The translations under genes were made by a program, and so were the position numbers. 64,000 bases of DNA from the NCBI GenBank assembly GCA_030428125.1, contig JAUIBF010000001.1:162793-226792 (forward strand), in the 5' to 3' direction. The notes below the pieces were generated by a model. The model ran no database searches and had not been told where the DNA came from. It saw nothing but the letters and a program-made list of their open reading frames with translations. Source of the stretch: a bacterium. GTDB lineage: Bacteria; Patescibacteriota; Saccharimonadia; Saccharimonadales; SZUA-47. This document shows, piece after piece, positions 39,101 through 48,630 of this stretch (its first letter is position 1; every line of letters starts with the position of its first letter).

Positions 39101-42100
39101 ATTGTTGATGTCACACTCACTGCAAGCGACGATCAATCACTAGATTACGTGGAAGTAATTTTAGATGGCTCGGTGTTAGAAACACTAACTAGCGGACCAT
39201 TTATATATTCTTGGAATACAGCAACGGTTAGCAATGGGCTTCATGATCTTTCAGCTCGAGCAGTAGATAGCTCTGGCAATGAAACATCGACCAGCACAAT
39301 AGTTGTGGATGTTCAAAATACGACGCCTCCGGTGAACGCGCTTCCTGGTTCACAGCATCTCGTGTTTGACGGCTCTAACGACCGAGTTGATCTAGGCAAT
39401 ATAGATATTCCAGGCAATCAGATGACTCTAGAGGCTTGGGTGAATAGTTCAGATTTATCTAACTGCGCAGCCAGGGATTGCCGAATCATCGCAAAGGCAA
39501 CTGGCGTAAACGATCAGGATCATTATTGGATGGTTAGTACGATCCAGGATGGTGGTAATACAGCCTTAAGATTTAGATTAAAAACCAATGGCAACACCTC
39601 TACACTAGTAAGTTCAAGCAATGTCCCCGAAAATTCTTGGGTTCACATAGCTGCGACTTACGATGGCTCAGCTATGCGTCTATATCAAGACGGAAACTTA
39701 GTGGGAACAACCTCAAAATCTGGTTCAATTACTACTGCTTCAACCGTACCAGCCTGGTTAGGTGATTCACCTGTTGGAAACCGACCATGGCAAGGTGCGA
39801 TTGATGATGTTCGTATATGGACGGTCGCAAGATCACAAGCTGAAATCAGTCAGGCTATGAACCAGGAACTTACCGGTTTAGAAGACAATCTGTTTGCTTA
39901 CTATAAACTCAACGAAGGTGGTGGCCAAACAGCAGTAGATAGTGGTTCAAATGGACTCGATGGTGTACTCGGTTCTTCGACTAACAGTGATAGTGCCGAC
40001 CCAACTTACGGAATAGAAACACCAGACGTTCAATCTCCAACCACACCACAAAACGTCGTGGTAGCAAACGCGTATTCAACCCAAATTGACCTAACCTGGG
40101 ACGAAAGCTTCGATGATCGTATCGTAGCGGGCTATATTGTTCTGAGGGACGGAGTAGAAGTTGGCAATGTAGACACGAACTCATTCACCGATATTTCGGT
40201 CAGCCCGCAGACCTCGTACAGTTACCAAATAGTAGCTTACGACGGTGCCGATAATCAGTCGGATGCTTCCAGTGCCACCAACGCTGCAACTAGTGAAGTA
40301 ATGCCAATTACTTTCAGTGGCGTTCAGGTAGATAGTGTTTCTACTGACAAAGCTACAATTTCTTGGCAAACTAACGATACGGCGTCAGGAAAGATCGAGT
40401 ACGGCATTACTACAAGCTACGGATCAGAAACTTCCGAATCTGCTAACTTGCAGGCTTCGCACACCCAGGAACTGACTGACCTAGCAGCGGACACTGTCTA
40501 TCACTTCAGGATTGTTTCTACTAACTCATCGGGCACATACACCTCAGAAGATTACACGTTTACGACTTCTGGTAATATCGTAATCGGCGGAGAATTCGGA
40601 TTCGAATACGAAACAATTAGCGACGTTAGTGGTACTGGTGGCCGAACAGCTATATCGGACATCGATGGCGATGGTTACAACGATGTCGTAGTGCACACCT
40701 GGGCAACTAACCGTGGAAACGACGATAATGGAACCCTTATTTGGTATAAATACCCAGACTGGACTCCTACAACTGTTCTGGACAATACAAATTTCTTCGG
40801 TGATGGAATAATTGCAGCCGATCTAGATGCCGATGGTGATATGGACATAATTACCTGTAAGGGTAGCGATTCCGACCCTAGTATTTACTGGTACGAAAAC
40901 CCCGGCGATGGCAGCGGTAATTGGAACGAATCTTTTGTGTTAAAAATGGAAACGGGCTCAGAAGTAAAAGATATCGAAGTCCACGACATGGATCATGACG
41001 GCAAACTGGACATAGTTGGTCGGTCTAAGCATAGAACAACAATCATGTACCAAGACAATCCTCAGTCTTGGGATGTGCGGGAAACTATTACCCAAGAACG
41101 CGAAGGTATGATGCTTGGTGATGTTGACCACGACGGGGACGAAGACATAATCATCAACGGTTGGTGGTTAGAAAACCCAGGTGTTAGAGCAACGGATCAG
41201 CTAGAAATCCACGACTTTGATTCTACCTGGAACGGGCAATCTGGTGGTAGTTTCAGGGACAACGCCGTAATGATTTCTACCGGTGACTACGATGGCGATG
41301 GCGACGAAGATTTTGCTGTTAGCCATGCCGAACATCCAGGATATACAGCAGCTTGGTACGAAGCTGTAGACCCTAAAGCTGGCGAATCAGGGTTCATCAA
41401 GCACCCAATCGCTACCGTAGATTATGGCCACAACAATGCATCAGCCGACTTTGACTTAGATGGTGACGTTGATATCTTGATCGGTACAACCACTTGGGCC
41501 GGAAGTAGCAATAAAATCTCGGTGTTCCTAAACGACGGCACTGGTGAAAACTGGACAGAACATGTAATGTGGAACACTGCAGGATATAAAGGAGTTATCG
41601 GCGACATCGATAATGACGGCGACATGGACTTTACAAGTTCCAGAAACTGGGAAACCCATCCTGTGTATGTACTTCGAAACACATCGGACCCTGTTTTTAG
41701 GCCAACCGACCCAGCTCTAGACATGTGGGAGCGACACGAAGTTGACCAAATGGCATGGCGCGGAGTTTTCGTAGAGCACGCTGACCTAGACGGAGACGGC
41801 GACGAAGATGTTGCATCTGCTGGCTGGTGGTACGAAAACCCAGGTGAATTATCAGGTCAGTGGATCGAACACACCATCGGTTCACCACTAAATAACTTAG
41901 GCGCAATTTACGACTTTGATGGCGATGGCGACATGGATATCCTAGGAACAGAGGGCCAAGGTTCGACATCTAACCGTAACCTTGTTTGGGCCGAAAACGA
42001 TGGCAGCGGTAACTTTACAGTCAGGACAAACATTAACACTGGCGGAAGTGGAGACTTCTTGCAAGGTGTGGCTGTCGATAGATTTACCGATGCCGGTCCT

Positions 42101-43918
42101 CTGCAAGTTGCCATGTCCTGGCACAACGGTGGCGGTGGAGTTCAAATGCTTACCGTACCGTCTAATCCAAGTACTGAGCAATGGACCTGGCAGCAAATTT
42201 CATCGACTACTCAGGGCGAGCAGTTAACAGCTGGCGACATCGATCAAGATGGCGACCGCGACTTGTTGCTGGGAACAATCTGGCTGGAAAACAATTCCGG
42301 TGTCTGGACACCACACGTAATGTACGAACCAAGTGGCATAGATAACACACCAGACAGAAGTCGCCTAGCAGACATGAACGGCGACGGCAGGCTAGATGCC
42401 GTTGTGGGCTTCGAAGCCATAAGTATCCCTGGCCGCTTGGCATGGTACGAACAACCCGCCGACCCAACCGGAACATGGACAGAGCACATAATTGACGAAA
42501 CAATCATCGGCCCAATGAGTCTGGATGTATTAGATATGGACTACGACGGCGATATCGAAGTGGTCGCTGGCGAACATAACCTAGCCAACACTTCTGCCGC
42601 AAGGCTGTTCGTTTACGAAAATATCAACGGTGACTCTACTGAGTGGACTCAGCATGTTGTATATACTGGTGACGAACACCACGACGGCGCACAAATAGCC
42701 GACCTAGATAATGATGGCGATTACGACATTGTATCGATTGGTTGGGGTGCAAGGCGTGTTACGGTTTACGAAAACACTACCCCCGTAGCAGGAGCTTGGT
42801 GGAGTGACGCCCACAGCTTCCGTTTGCCACTAACATTTTCACCAGATGACCAACAGCGACAAGATTACGTTGTCGAGACGAACCTTAACTTTACCGACCA
42901 ATTTAATCAGGCGAACTCTCCTGGCGCATTAATAGAAGATTCTATAAGGGTTGTAGAAACAGACGAAAACGGCTTTGTAATTAACAGCTCAGTGGCGCAT
43001 CAGTTCATCCCAAGCAGCGATTATGATGCTTCAACTAACGCAGCTGGAACATTAGCGCTTCTGCTGCCTGGTGTAACCAGTGCCGATGAATCCAGATACT
43101 TTGATGTTTACTTCGATCACAGTGGAGCTTTCCCAGCTATAAACTTCACAGATTTGGTTTCAGTAACCGACGATGTTCAGGACGAAGGTCAAGCAAGTTT
43201 CGAGGTAGTTACACCAAATGCAACTTGGTTGTACCAAAAAGATGCCGGTGGATTCTCTAGCATCATTGATTCTGACGGTAACGACTGGATAGGCTACAGC
43301 ACGGCAACTGGGTCTGCCGGAGAATTCAGGGGTATCCCTAACCTGGTTTACCCAGAAGGTCAGTTCCATCCAGGTGCAACCGGTTCAACTTCAACCCTGG
43401 TTACAGATGGCCCGCTTAAGACAACCATCCATACCACCACAAATGACGATGCTTGGGAAGCTTACTGGCACATTTACCCAACACATGCACAGCTCCAGGT
43501 TGTAAAAACAAATCACAGCTATTGGTTCTTGTACGAAGGTACACCTGGCGGCCAGCTAGATTACACTAACGATTCCGTAACACTATCAAATGGCCAAGTT
43601 TACGGAGCCGATCAAACCTTCCACTTTGATTTCGATGGCGAAGAATGGGCGTACGTTAGCGATGCAGCCGTCAACCGATCTATATTCCTAGTACATCACG
43701 AAGACGATAACGAGATTGATGGATACCGGCCAATGAACAATCAAATGACTGTTTTTGGATTTGGACGCGGCGCCGGAACTGCAACCTACATGGATAATAC
43801 TCCCCAACACTTTAGTGTAGGGCTAATGGACTTAGTCGATTACCAAAACGGAAGCGAAGTTGTTCGGGGTTCCTTCTATCAATATTCAATTACGAATAGT
43901 CCAGTAGAATCAAGGTAG
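36146..43918 (+). CDS. Giant secreted adhesin/lectin: 3x LamG-like, multiple FN3, Ig-like (Big), two FG-GAP/VCBS propellers, C-terminal domain
   Basis: aggaggt SD then GTG at 36146 (ORF opens 36089); 3x W.H.AATYDGS.MR.Y..G...DDVRIW; D..PP..P..L FN3 units; many DxDxDGDxD Ca-binding loops. Confidence 0.85.
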   Translation: MLRLLNVFTNGGVKKIAFVAILLVTLSVPALIFGQGSFLNTPHLSFDGSNDKVDLQNLDISGSALTLEVNFNSSDLDNCGSYLDCRIISKSVGTADQDHYWMLSTIKNSSNQAVLRFRLKTGSSTSTLIASSAVVNENEWNHVAATYDGSMMRLYLNGNEVGSAPKSGNLATNSSVNAYIGNNPVTSKPFEGLIDDVRIWNIARTQSEISDSREAELTGSESGLVGYWRFNEGEGQFAHDSSGNLNDGILGDAVSVDSADPVWLNLAADVEPPTQVTNVTADVISSNQVNLDWDVSSDDRAVTQYVVERNQVEIAAVSSNDFVDTGLSELTTYEYVIYAEDEAGNRSVGSEAISVQTPVAPDTEAPTVPQNLQAVEVNESQVDLAWEESTDNVSVTHYNVLRDGALLETIVAANTYTDLTVTPGVTYTYAVNAVDAAGNTSADSNTVQTLIPTPPDNDPPTTPQNLQIVSSTDEEVNLDWDDSTDNVVVLRYLVVRDGVQIAEAPNSSFTDTEFTIGVEHTYEVYAEDASSNISAVSNQVSVTVLDTTNPELEIVNPTSGQYLTGTIALHADATDNVAVDYVRISIDDVEVHTAFDAPFTFDWDSTTVPDGEHTISFEAFDTSGNSNLASSTHTVINDFSAVPLPGGQHVVFDGNNDRINLGALEVGSNSLTLEAWFRSDDLGNCSSNDCRILTKASGVNTNDHTWMLSTIKSGSSTNMRFRLKTNGSTETLISNQNVPESEWVHVAATYDGSQMRIYQNGQLVGQQNETGSITSEPSKQAWIGSSPNSGLRPWLGEVDDVRIWNVARSQQEIADNMNYELTGVEDGLFAYYKLNEGGGQLAYDATGNQSNGIIGSTDQVDDNDPAWGLEAPDTEAPSSPGNLQSGSVTDNSFTLDWQASTDNVAVTAYEVVIDGVVREVIGTQTSYLVDSLQPSTEYIALVRAYDAAGNLSSDSNQVIVTTTTPDTTAPVVSIDSPLDSAELTGIVDVTLTASDDQSLDYVEVILDGSVLETLTSGPFIYSWNTATVSNGLHDLSARAVDSSGNETSTSTIVVDVQNTTPPVNALPGSQHLVFDGSNDRVDLGNIDIPGNQMTLEAWVNSSDLSNCAARDCRIIAKATGVNDQDHYWMVSTIQDGGNTALRFRLKTNGNTSTLVSSSNVPENSWVHIAATYDGSAMRLYQDGNLVGTTSKSGSITTASTVPAWLGDSPVGNRPWQGAIDDVRIWTVARSQAEISQAMNQELTGLEDNLFAYYKLNEGGGQTAVDSGSNGLDGVLGSSTNSDSADPTYGIETPDVQSPTTPQNVVVANAYSTQIDLTWDESFDDRIVAGYIVLRDGVEVGNVDTNSFTDISVSPQTSYSYQIVAYDGADNQSDASSATNAATSEVMPITFSGVQVDSVSTDKATISWQTNDTASGKIEYGITTSYGSETSESANLQASHTQELTDLAADTVYHFRIVSTNSSGTYTSEDYTFTTSGNIVIGGEFGFEYETISDVSGTGGRTAISDIDGDGYNDVVVHTWATNRGNDDNGTLIWYKYPDWTPTTVLDNTNFFGDGIIAADLDADGDMDIITCKGSDSDPSIYWYENPGDGSGNWNESFVLKMETGSEVKDIEVHDMDHDGKLDIVGRSKHRTTIMYQDNPQSWDVRETITQEREGMMLGDVDHDGDEDIIINGWWLENPGVRATDQLEIHDFDSTWNGQSGGSFRDNAVMISTGDYDGDGDEDFAVSHAEHPGYTAAWYEAVDPKAGESGFIKHPIATVDYGHNNASADFDLDGDVDILIGTTTWAGSSNKISVFLNDGTGENWTEHVMWNTAGYKGVIGDIDNDGDMDFTSSRNWETHPVYVLRNTSDPVFRPTDPALDMWERHEVDQMAWRGVFVEHADLDGDGDEDVASAGWWYENPGELSGQWIEHTIGSPLNNLGAIYDFDGDGDMDILGTEGQGSTSNRNLVWAENDGSGNFTVRTNINTGGSGDFLQGVAVDRFTDAGPLQVAMSWHNGGGGVQMLTVPSNPSTEQWTWQQISSTTQGEQLTAGDIDQDGDRDLLLGTIWLENNSGVWTPHVMYEPSGIDNTPDRSRLADMNGDGRLDAVVGFEAISIPGRLAWYEQPADPTGTWTEHIIDETIIGPMSLDVLDMDYDGDIEVVAGEHNLANTSAARLFVYENINGDSTEWTQHVVYTGDEHHDGAQIADLDNDGDYDIVSIGWGARRVTVYENTTPVAGAWWSDAHSFRLPLTFSPDDQQRQDYVVETNLNFTDQFNQANSPGALIEDSIRVVETDENGFVINSSVAHQFIPSSDYDASTNAAGTLALLLPGVTSADESRYFDVYFDHSGAFPAINFTDLVSVTDDVQDEGQASFEVVTPNATWLYQKDAGGFSSIIDSDGNDWIGYSTATGSAGEFRGIPNLVYPEGQFHPGATGSTSTLVTDGPLKTTIHTTTNDDAWEAYWHIYPTHAQLQVVKTNHSYWFLYEGTPGGQLDYTNDSVTLSNGQVYGADQTFHFDFDGEEWAYVSDAAVNRSIFLVHHEDDNEIDGYRPMNNQMTVFGFGRGAGTATYMDNTPQHFSVGLMDLVDYQNGSEVVRGSFYQYSITNSPVESR

Positions 43919-43995
43919 TACGTGCTAGCTGACCAGCTAGCCGCCTCTTCTACTTTTTTGGGATAACTCTCGCAAGGCTGAACTAGTATTACTTA

Positions 43996-44562
43996 CTACT
44001 TCATCTTTACAGAAATACCCGGAGTAAGTGTTTGAGGTTGTAGAACTTGTACTTTGAACATAATTCGGTTCGGATTGAGCTTCTTCGCTAAAAAGTTGGG
44101 CTCAACAAAAAGTACGTTGTCGATTAGAGATATCGACTTTAACTTGCCCTTCAAAACACCAGGCTTGTATTTACTGAACCTAACTTTTCCAGTATTGGAG
44201 TCGTAATAACACGCCTCAAAGCTACTATCATTAAGCCTGGTTAGGCTAATTTTTCTGTTCACGAATCTTCTTTCTGCCTCTTCTTGTAGTGCGTATAATT
44301 TGGGTTTTATAGATTTATCAATCTGTTGTGACTGAGCTTTACTTAGGTGAACATTAATGCTCTCCTTAGCAATTTGGTTTAAGGCTTCGGGTGGAATGTT
44401 TTCTGCGGATGTATAGTGATTACCTTCCCCGTAGCGTTTAATATTCTCGATTAATTGTTTTTCGGAGTAATCAACAGCCGCTTGGGCATTCAGTAATGCA
44501 GAGTAATTTGTAATAGCATCTATGAAGTATTGAAGCAAATCTTTATCATTTTGCTTTGTCAT
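43996..44562 (-). CDS. Hypothetical protein
   Basis: 188-aa ORF directly downstream of the CapA-like gene on the same strand. Confidence 0.6.
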   Translation of the reverse strand: MTKQNDKDLLQYFIDAITNYSALLNAQAAVDYSEKQLIENIKRYGEGNHYTSAENIPPEALNQIAKESINVHLSKAQSQQIDKSIKPKLYALQEEAERRFVNRKISLTRLNDSSFEACYYDSNTGKVRFSKYKPGVLKGKLKSISLIDNVLFVEPNFLAKKLNPNRIMFKVQVLQPQTLTPGISVKMK

Positions 44563-44571
44563 GTTTACATT

Positions 44572-46194
44572 TTACTCCCTAGCGTCATGTAAACGAGTAA
44601 GAATGTATTCAGTTTCCTCGGCTGTCATAACTCTTGTCTGTAAATCTTTGTCATAAATAGTAGGCGTAATCTTAGTCTGAAGCAAAGTTCCGTTTTTAAA
44701 GTAGTTAGTAAGTACCAATCCACGTTCAGTTCCAGGCCATTGTGTTTGCTCGAAGTATAGGTTGCCTAGTCCGTAGTAAATCGGTTTACCTTGATATAGT
44801 TCGTAAGTCTGTGGCTGATGGGCAGAGCTACCGATCACCATATCAGCTCCGGCATCCACAATTGCTTTAAACACAGCTTCCTGCTCGCCGACAGGTAAGT
44901 CACACTCAGGGTATTCGATGTAGCCATTTGGATATGCGTAACATTCCCAATACTGAACGTTGACGATTACAAAGTCAGAACTTTGCTTTGCTGACTCTAT
45001 GTCGGTTTTTAGTGATTCGTAAGCAAAGTCGAATGGATTCGCGCCTGCTTTTTTGGGACCTGCAATCGCCCCCCCATTTGGTGAGTCAGGGTAGTTGTAT
45101 GCTAGAAACGCGATTTTGGAGCCTTCTTGATCTGCGATATAAGGTTTTGCAGCTTCTTCTGAGTTTAAGCCTCCACCGATAGTTGCCCAGCCAAGTTCAT
45201 GGTATTGGTTTATAGTATCTGTATTGGCCTGAGCGCCTAAATCATTATTGTGATTCCCGGTTAGTTCAACAATATCGACACCACTAGCTTTTAGGGTTTC
45301 GATGAATTCTGGGTGAGAACAGAACAGTGTGCGACTATATGAACAAGGCTCCAAGAACGAGACCTCGTTTGATACGTGTGTCAAGTCGGCGTCACTCAGA
45401 AAATCTCCTATTTTTTCACTGAAATATAGTGGGTCCTTAACGACGGCTAACTTTTTCTGCATCTCACGTGTTAAGGCAGTAACACCGGTCATATTTACCT
45501 TCAGAACACCATTTGCGTTTAGGTCGTCATTTAGGTCCAGCGAGTCTAAATCGCCAGCTCCTTCGCCTTCGAAAACAACAACCTTAAAGAGCGCTCCAGA
45601 AATAAAGTCGTCAAGGTAGTATGAGTCATTGTAAGCTAAAAGTTTACTGTCGTAGGTAAGGGCAGAGGCGGGAATAAAACTCACCTCCTCAATCGGTAAT
45701 TCAGTGTCCGACTCGAGGCGTGAGACATCTGTCTGAAAATGTTCTGCTAGTAGTTCCACGTCTTGTGAAGGGAGAGAGTCTAATGCCGAGAAGTTTGAAG
45801 TACCTAACTCTTCATCGGAAGTTGCCTGCATTACAGAGTTGAAGTTTGTTACAGGAACCAAGACAGTCAGGATATCGTCAGTTTCATCCACGCGACTTCT
45901 CAACTCTCCTCGAGCAGTTACCGGTGAGTTAATCTCGATAAAATTTTCAGCAATAGATTGTTCTATAAATGAAACATCCTCAGGACTTAGGGTTGCATCA
46001 AAAGCAAGCTGGTTTTCAATCTTCTCTTCAATGGTTTCAGTTTGGAAAAACTGTAAATACCCAATAAACCCCAGGACGCCCACTAACAGTAAGCCCAAAA
46101 CTATGTTTAAGGATTTTAGTTTCTTACTTCCTGCTACTTGCTGATCACCAACTCTGTATTCCACTGCAATTATAATACCATCCACGATCAGCAA
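44572..46194 (-). CDS. CapA family (poly-gamma-glutamate synthesis / metallophosphoesterase) protein
   Basis: N-terminal TM; SNEVSF, LTGNHNND, GADMVIGSSAHQPQ and YGLGNLYF motifs. Confidence 0.8.
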   Translation of the reverse strand: MLIVDGIIIAVEYRVGDQQVAGSKKLKSLNIVLGLLLVGVLGFIGYLQFFQTETIEEKIENQLAFDATLSPEDVSFIEQSIAENFIEINSPVTARGELRSRVDETDDILTVLVPVTNFNSVMQATSDEELGTSNFSALDSLPSQDVELLAEHFQTDVSRLESDTELPIEEVSFIPASALTYDSKLLAYNDSYYLDDFISGALFKVVVFEGEGAGDLDSLDLNDDLNANGVLKVNMTGVTALTREMQKKLAVVKDPLYFSEKIGDFLSDADLTHVSNEVSFLEPCSYSRTLFCSHPEFIETLKASGVDIVELTGNHNNDLGAQANTDTINQYHELGWATIGGGLNSEEAAKPYIADQEGSKIAFLAYNYPDSPNGGAIAGPKKAGANPFDFAYESLKTDIESAKQSSDFVIVNVQYWECYAYPNGYIEYPECDLPVGEQEAVFKAIVDAGADMVIGSSAHQPQTYELYQGKPIYYGLGNLYFEQTQWPGTERGLVLTNYFKNGTLLQTKITPTIYDKDLQTRVMTAEETEYILTRLHDARE

Positions 46195-46227
46195 TACTCT
46201 TATGAATATGTGGTTTAAAATGTATAT

Positions 46228-46674
46228 ATGAGACTAGATTACGAAAGCGAGTTCGAGCCAGAATTATCACCCAAAGAAATGCTTAAACTAGGGGTGTTCA
46301 ATGGCAGCTACTTTAACGCAAATGAAAGAGAAGAGTTCCCAAAAGACTGGTTTGTAGGCGCACGTACTTCAGCTGATGGTAGGCCTGATAAGAAACTAAA
46401 CTATTTTGAAGTCTCAGCCTCGCAACCACTGAGAGTTTGGCAAGAAAAAGGCTGGATAAATCCAGTCGATCCTCTAGGATGGTTCCAGTGGTATTGCCGT
46501 TATTATCAGGGCAGAAGGTTAGGAGAAGAAGACATTAGGCAGATAAAACGCTGGAAAGCTATGAAAAGGCACATTGCTCAAATTAAAAAAGGTTGTTACC
46601 CCGGAGATTTAACTTGTAGACAAAAGCAGCGCCAGGCACTTCTTCACTGGGCATACGATAGTCGGAAAATTTAA
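46228..46674 (+). CDS. Conserved hypothetical protein (GWFQWYCRY motif)
   Basis: PKEML.LGVF.G.YF, W..KGWI...DP.GWFQWYCRYY.GRR and RQALLHWAYD motifs. Confidence 0.75.
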   Translation: MRLDYESEFEPELSPKEMLKLGVFNGSYFNANEREEFPKDWFVGARTSADGRPDKKLNYFEVSASQPLRVWQEKGWINPVDPLGWFQWYCRYYQGRRLGEEDIRQIKRWKAMKRHIAQIKKGCYPGDLTCRQKQRQALLHWAYDSRKI

Positions 46675-46720
46675 TTTAAATCCACCAGCGCTTAAGCTTA
46701 TAGTATAGTTAGAGATTACT

Positions 46721-47446
46721 ATGCCGAAAGCCAAGAACTATAAATTCAAACTAAAATCTAAAAAGATACAAGTTGTCGCCGACAAGGTATTGTTGCTTAG
46801 AATGATGCGCCGACTGCATGGTCGGTTTTGGGGTATATTTGGATTAATTATGCTCGAGCTTGGCTTACTAGTCTGTTTTCTAATCAGACCGGAGCTAAGA
46901 AGCTTGTCTACGGCATTTAGTGATTTTGGAACAGATATTCAAACAGCACCGTTCTTTATCGGAGGAGTTTTTGCTGCTGCATATGGGATGTGGAGGTGGC
47001 GGAATTACGTTTCGAGAACCTTTAAAAATCCAGGAATAATTACGTTACTGATCACTCTCATTATCATCGGGTTGTATATGATCGTTTTCATGCCGGTTGG
47101 CATAAACGACACCATTGATAGAATGCATTATTTAGGTTTTGCAATTGCAGGTGCAGGCATGGCTCTGACGGTATTAGTAGATTTGATTTTACGAAAAACC
47201 AGAAAGGGTAAACACTACCGTAAATGGCAAGTCTTGAGACTAATCTCCCTAGGGTTTATAATTATCGGCCTTACGATAACACTACTTTCAGCAGAGCGAT
47301 TTGATTTTGATATGGACATCTCTTTGGTTGGTGAGTCTATGTTGTTAGTCGGGTTTGGTATGTGGGTGATGATAAAGACCTACCAAGGTGAGGGAGCTCG
47401 CTCTAATATATCCAAGATGATAAATAAAGTACTAATTATCCAGTAA
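46721..47446 (+). CDS. Hypothetical multi-pass membrane protein (DUF998-like)
   Basis: About 6 TMs; FSDFG and MHY motifs. Confidence 0.6.
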   Translation: MPKAKNYKFKLKSKKIQVVADKVLLLRMMRRLHGRFWGIFGLIMLELGLLVCFLIRPELRSLSTAFSDFGTDIQTAPFFIGGVFAAAYGMWRWRNYVSRTFKNPGIITLLITLIIIGLYMIVFMPVGINDTIDRMHYLGFAIAGAGMALTVLVDLILRKTRKGKHYRKWQVLRLISLGFIIIGLTITLLSAERFDFDMDISLVGESMLLVGFGMWVMIKTYQGEGARSNISKMINKVLIIQ

Positions 47447-47508
47447 TTTTTTGCGCTGAAATCACTTTTGGGGCATACTAGTAGTTACAAGTAAAGAGGG
47501 AGAAGCTT

Positions 47509-48303
47509 ATGTCATTTGACGAAGTCGTTGACAGCATAGGAGATTCATTCGAAGACCTAGCTGGACGAACTGCTGACTACCTGCCGAAATTTTTAGGTGC
47601 GCTAGCCGTACTCGTTGTCGGTCTGATAGTCGCGAAAATCTTAGCAAAAATTGTTGGTCGATTGGTCGACTGGATTGAAAATACCAAAATATATCAAAAA
47701 TTGATGAATCAAGCGAAGCTCAAAGTAAAATTCGCAAAAGTGCTAGAGAAGATTACGTACTGGGTAGTTTTGGTAATCTTCATTTCTGCATCAGTGCATG
47801 TCCTGGGACTAGAAGTTCTAACAGAGACTTTTGATGACCTGCTAGGATTTGTGCCACTGGCGCTGTCTGCAGCATTAATTGTAGGTGTGTCTATTTGGGG
47901 TGGACGTGTTCTGCAAGACTTGGTCGTTACCACTGTTGATCAGTCAAGAATTGACAGCAAGTATCAAAACCTACTAGGTGGGATCACCTACGTAGCAGTG
48001 CTGGTATTTGGTGCAACAATCGCACTGAGTCAACTAGGGTTTGATACCACGATTATTACCACAAACGTAACTGTAATATTCGGTGGATTTGCACTAGCTG
48101 CGGCTATTGCATTTGGCTTGGGTTCCAAATCAGTTGCTGGTAGTTTAGTTGCTGGTATGTACGCAAAAAACGACGTCAAGAAAGGACAAAAACTTTCTGT
48201 CGGAGATGTACATGGAACAGTTAAGTCTGTTGGAGCAACATCTGTAACTTTGGACACCAAAGACGGAGACGTTGTAGTAAGTTATAGCAAACTAATGAGA
48301 TAA
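47509..48303 (+). CDS. Small-conductance mechanosensitive channel-related (CmpX/MscS-like) protein
   Basis: Repeated YLPKFLGA/FVPLALSA TM_helix units; ALSQLG; AIAFGLG; GQKL.V..VHG.V C-terminal beta domain. Confidence 0.8.
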   Translation: MSFDEVVDSIGDSFEDLAGRTADYLPKFLGALAVLVVGLIVAKILAKIVGRLVDWIENTKIYQKLMNQAKLKVKFAKVLEKITYWVVLVIFISASVHVLGLEVLTETFDDLLGFVPLALSAALIVGVSIWGGRVLQDLVVTTVDQSRIDSKYQNLLGGITYVAVLVFGATIALSQLGFDTTIITTNVTVIFGGFALAAAIAFGLGSKSVAGSLVAGMYAKNDVKKGQKLSVGDVHGTVKSVGATSVTLDTKDGDVVVSYSKLMR

Positions 48304-48321
48304 ACAGTCTCTAGCTTTAAC

Positions 48322-48355
48322 AAAAAGGTCGCTGAAAAAAATCAGCGGCCTTTTT
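48322..48355. terminator. Rho-independent terminator
   Basis: aaaaaggtcgctga-aaaaaa-tcagcggccttttt. Confidence 0.75.
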
Positions 48356-48399
48356 AAATCGGAGTTAAATCAGTGTTAAATCGGATTTAAATCCGATTT
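48356..48399. promoter_or_regulatory. Four tandem 11-bp units (AAATCnnnnTT) containing a perfect 22-bp palindrome; putative operator
   Basis: aaatcggagtt/aaatcagtgtt/aaatcggattt/aaatccgattt upstream of the AbrB-like gene; a related array sits at 61121-61153. Confidence 0.55.
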
Positions 48400-48452
48400 C
48401 GTGTTAAGATAATTATATCTGTTAACATAAGGTTTTTGAGAAGGGGTGTAAG

Positions 48453-48629
48453 ATGGGTGTACGTAAAGCCGGCGAACAGTCTGTGCGAAATATCACACAA
48501 AATAAAACAGGAACTTATTCAGTAACATTACCAATTGAATACGTACGTGAGCTTAAATGGCAACAGGGCCAAAAAGTAGTTGTGAGTTTACGCGGCAATA
48601 AACTCGTAGTAGAAGACTGGAAGAAATAA
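48453..48629 (+). CDS. AbrB/MazE/SpoVT-family DNA-binding protein (58 aa, not in ORF track)
   Basis: MGVRKAGEQSVRNITQNKTGTYSVTLPIEYVRELKWQQGQKVVVSLRGNKLVVEDWKK*; aagggg SD. Confidence 0.8.
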   Translation: MGVRKAGEQSVRNITQNKTGTYSVTLPIEYVRELKWQQGQKVVVSLRGNKLVVEDWKK

Positions 48630-48630
48630 G

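Noticed and set aside
36146-43918. Diversity-generating retroelement template/variable repeats among the three LamG copies
   Set aside because: Differences are not adenine-specific and no reverse transcriptase is present in the window.
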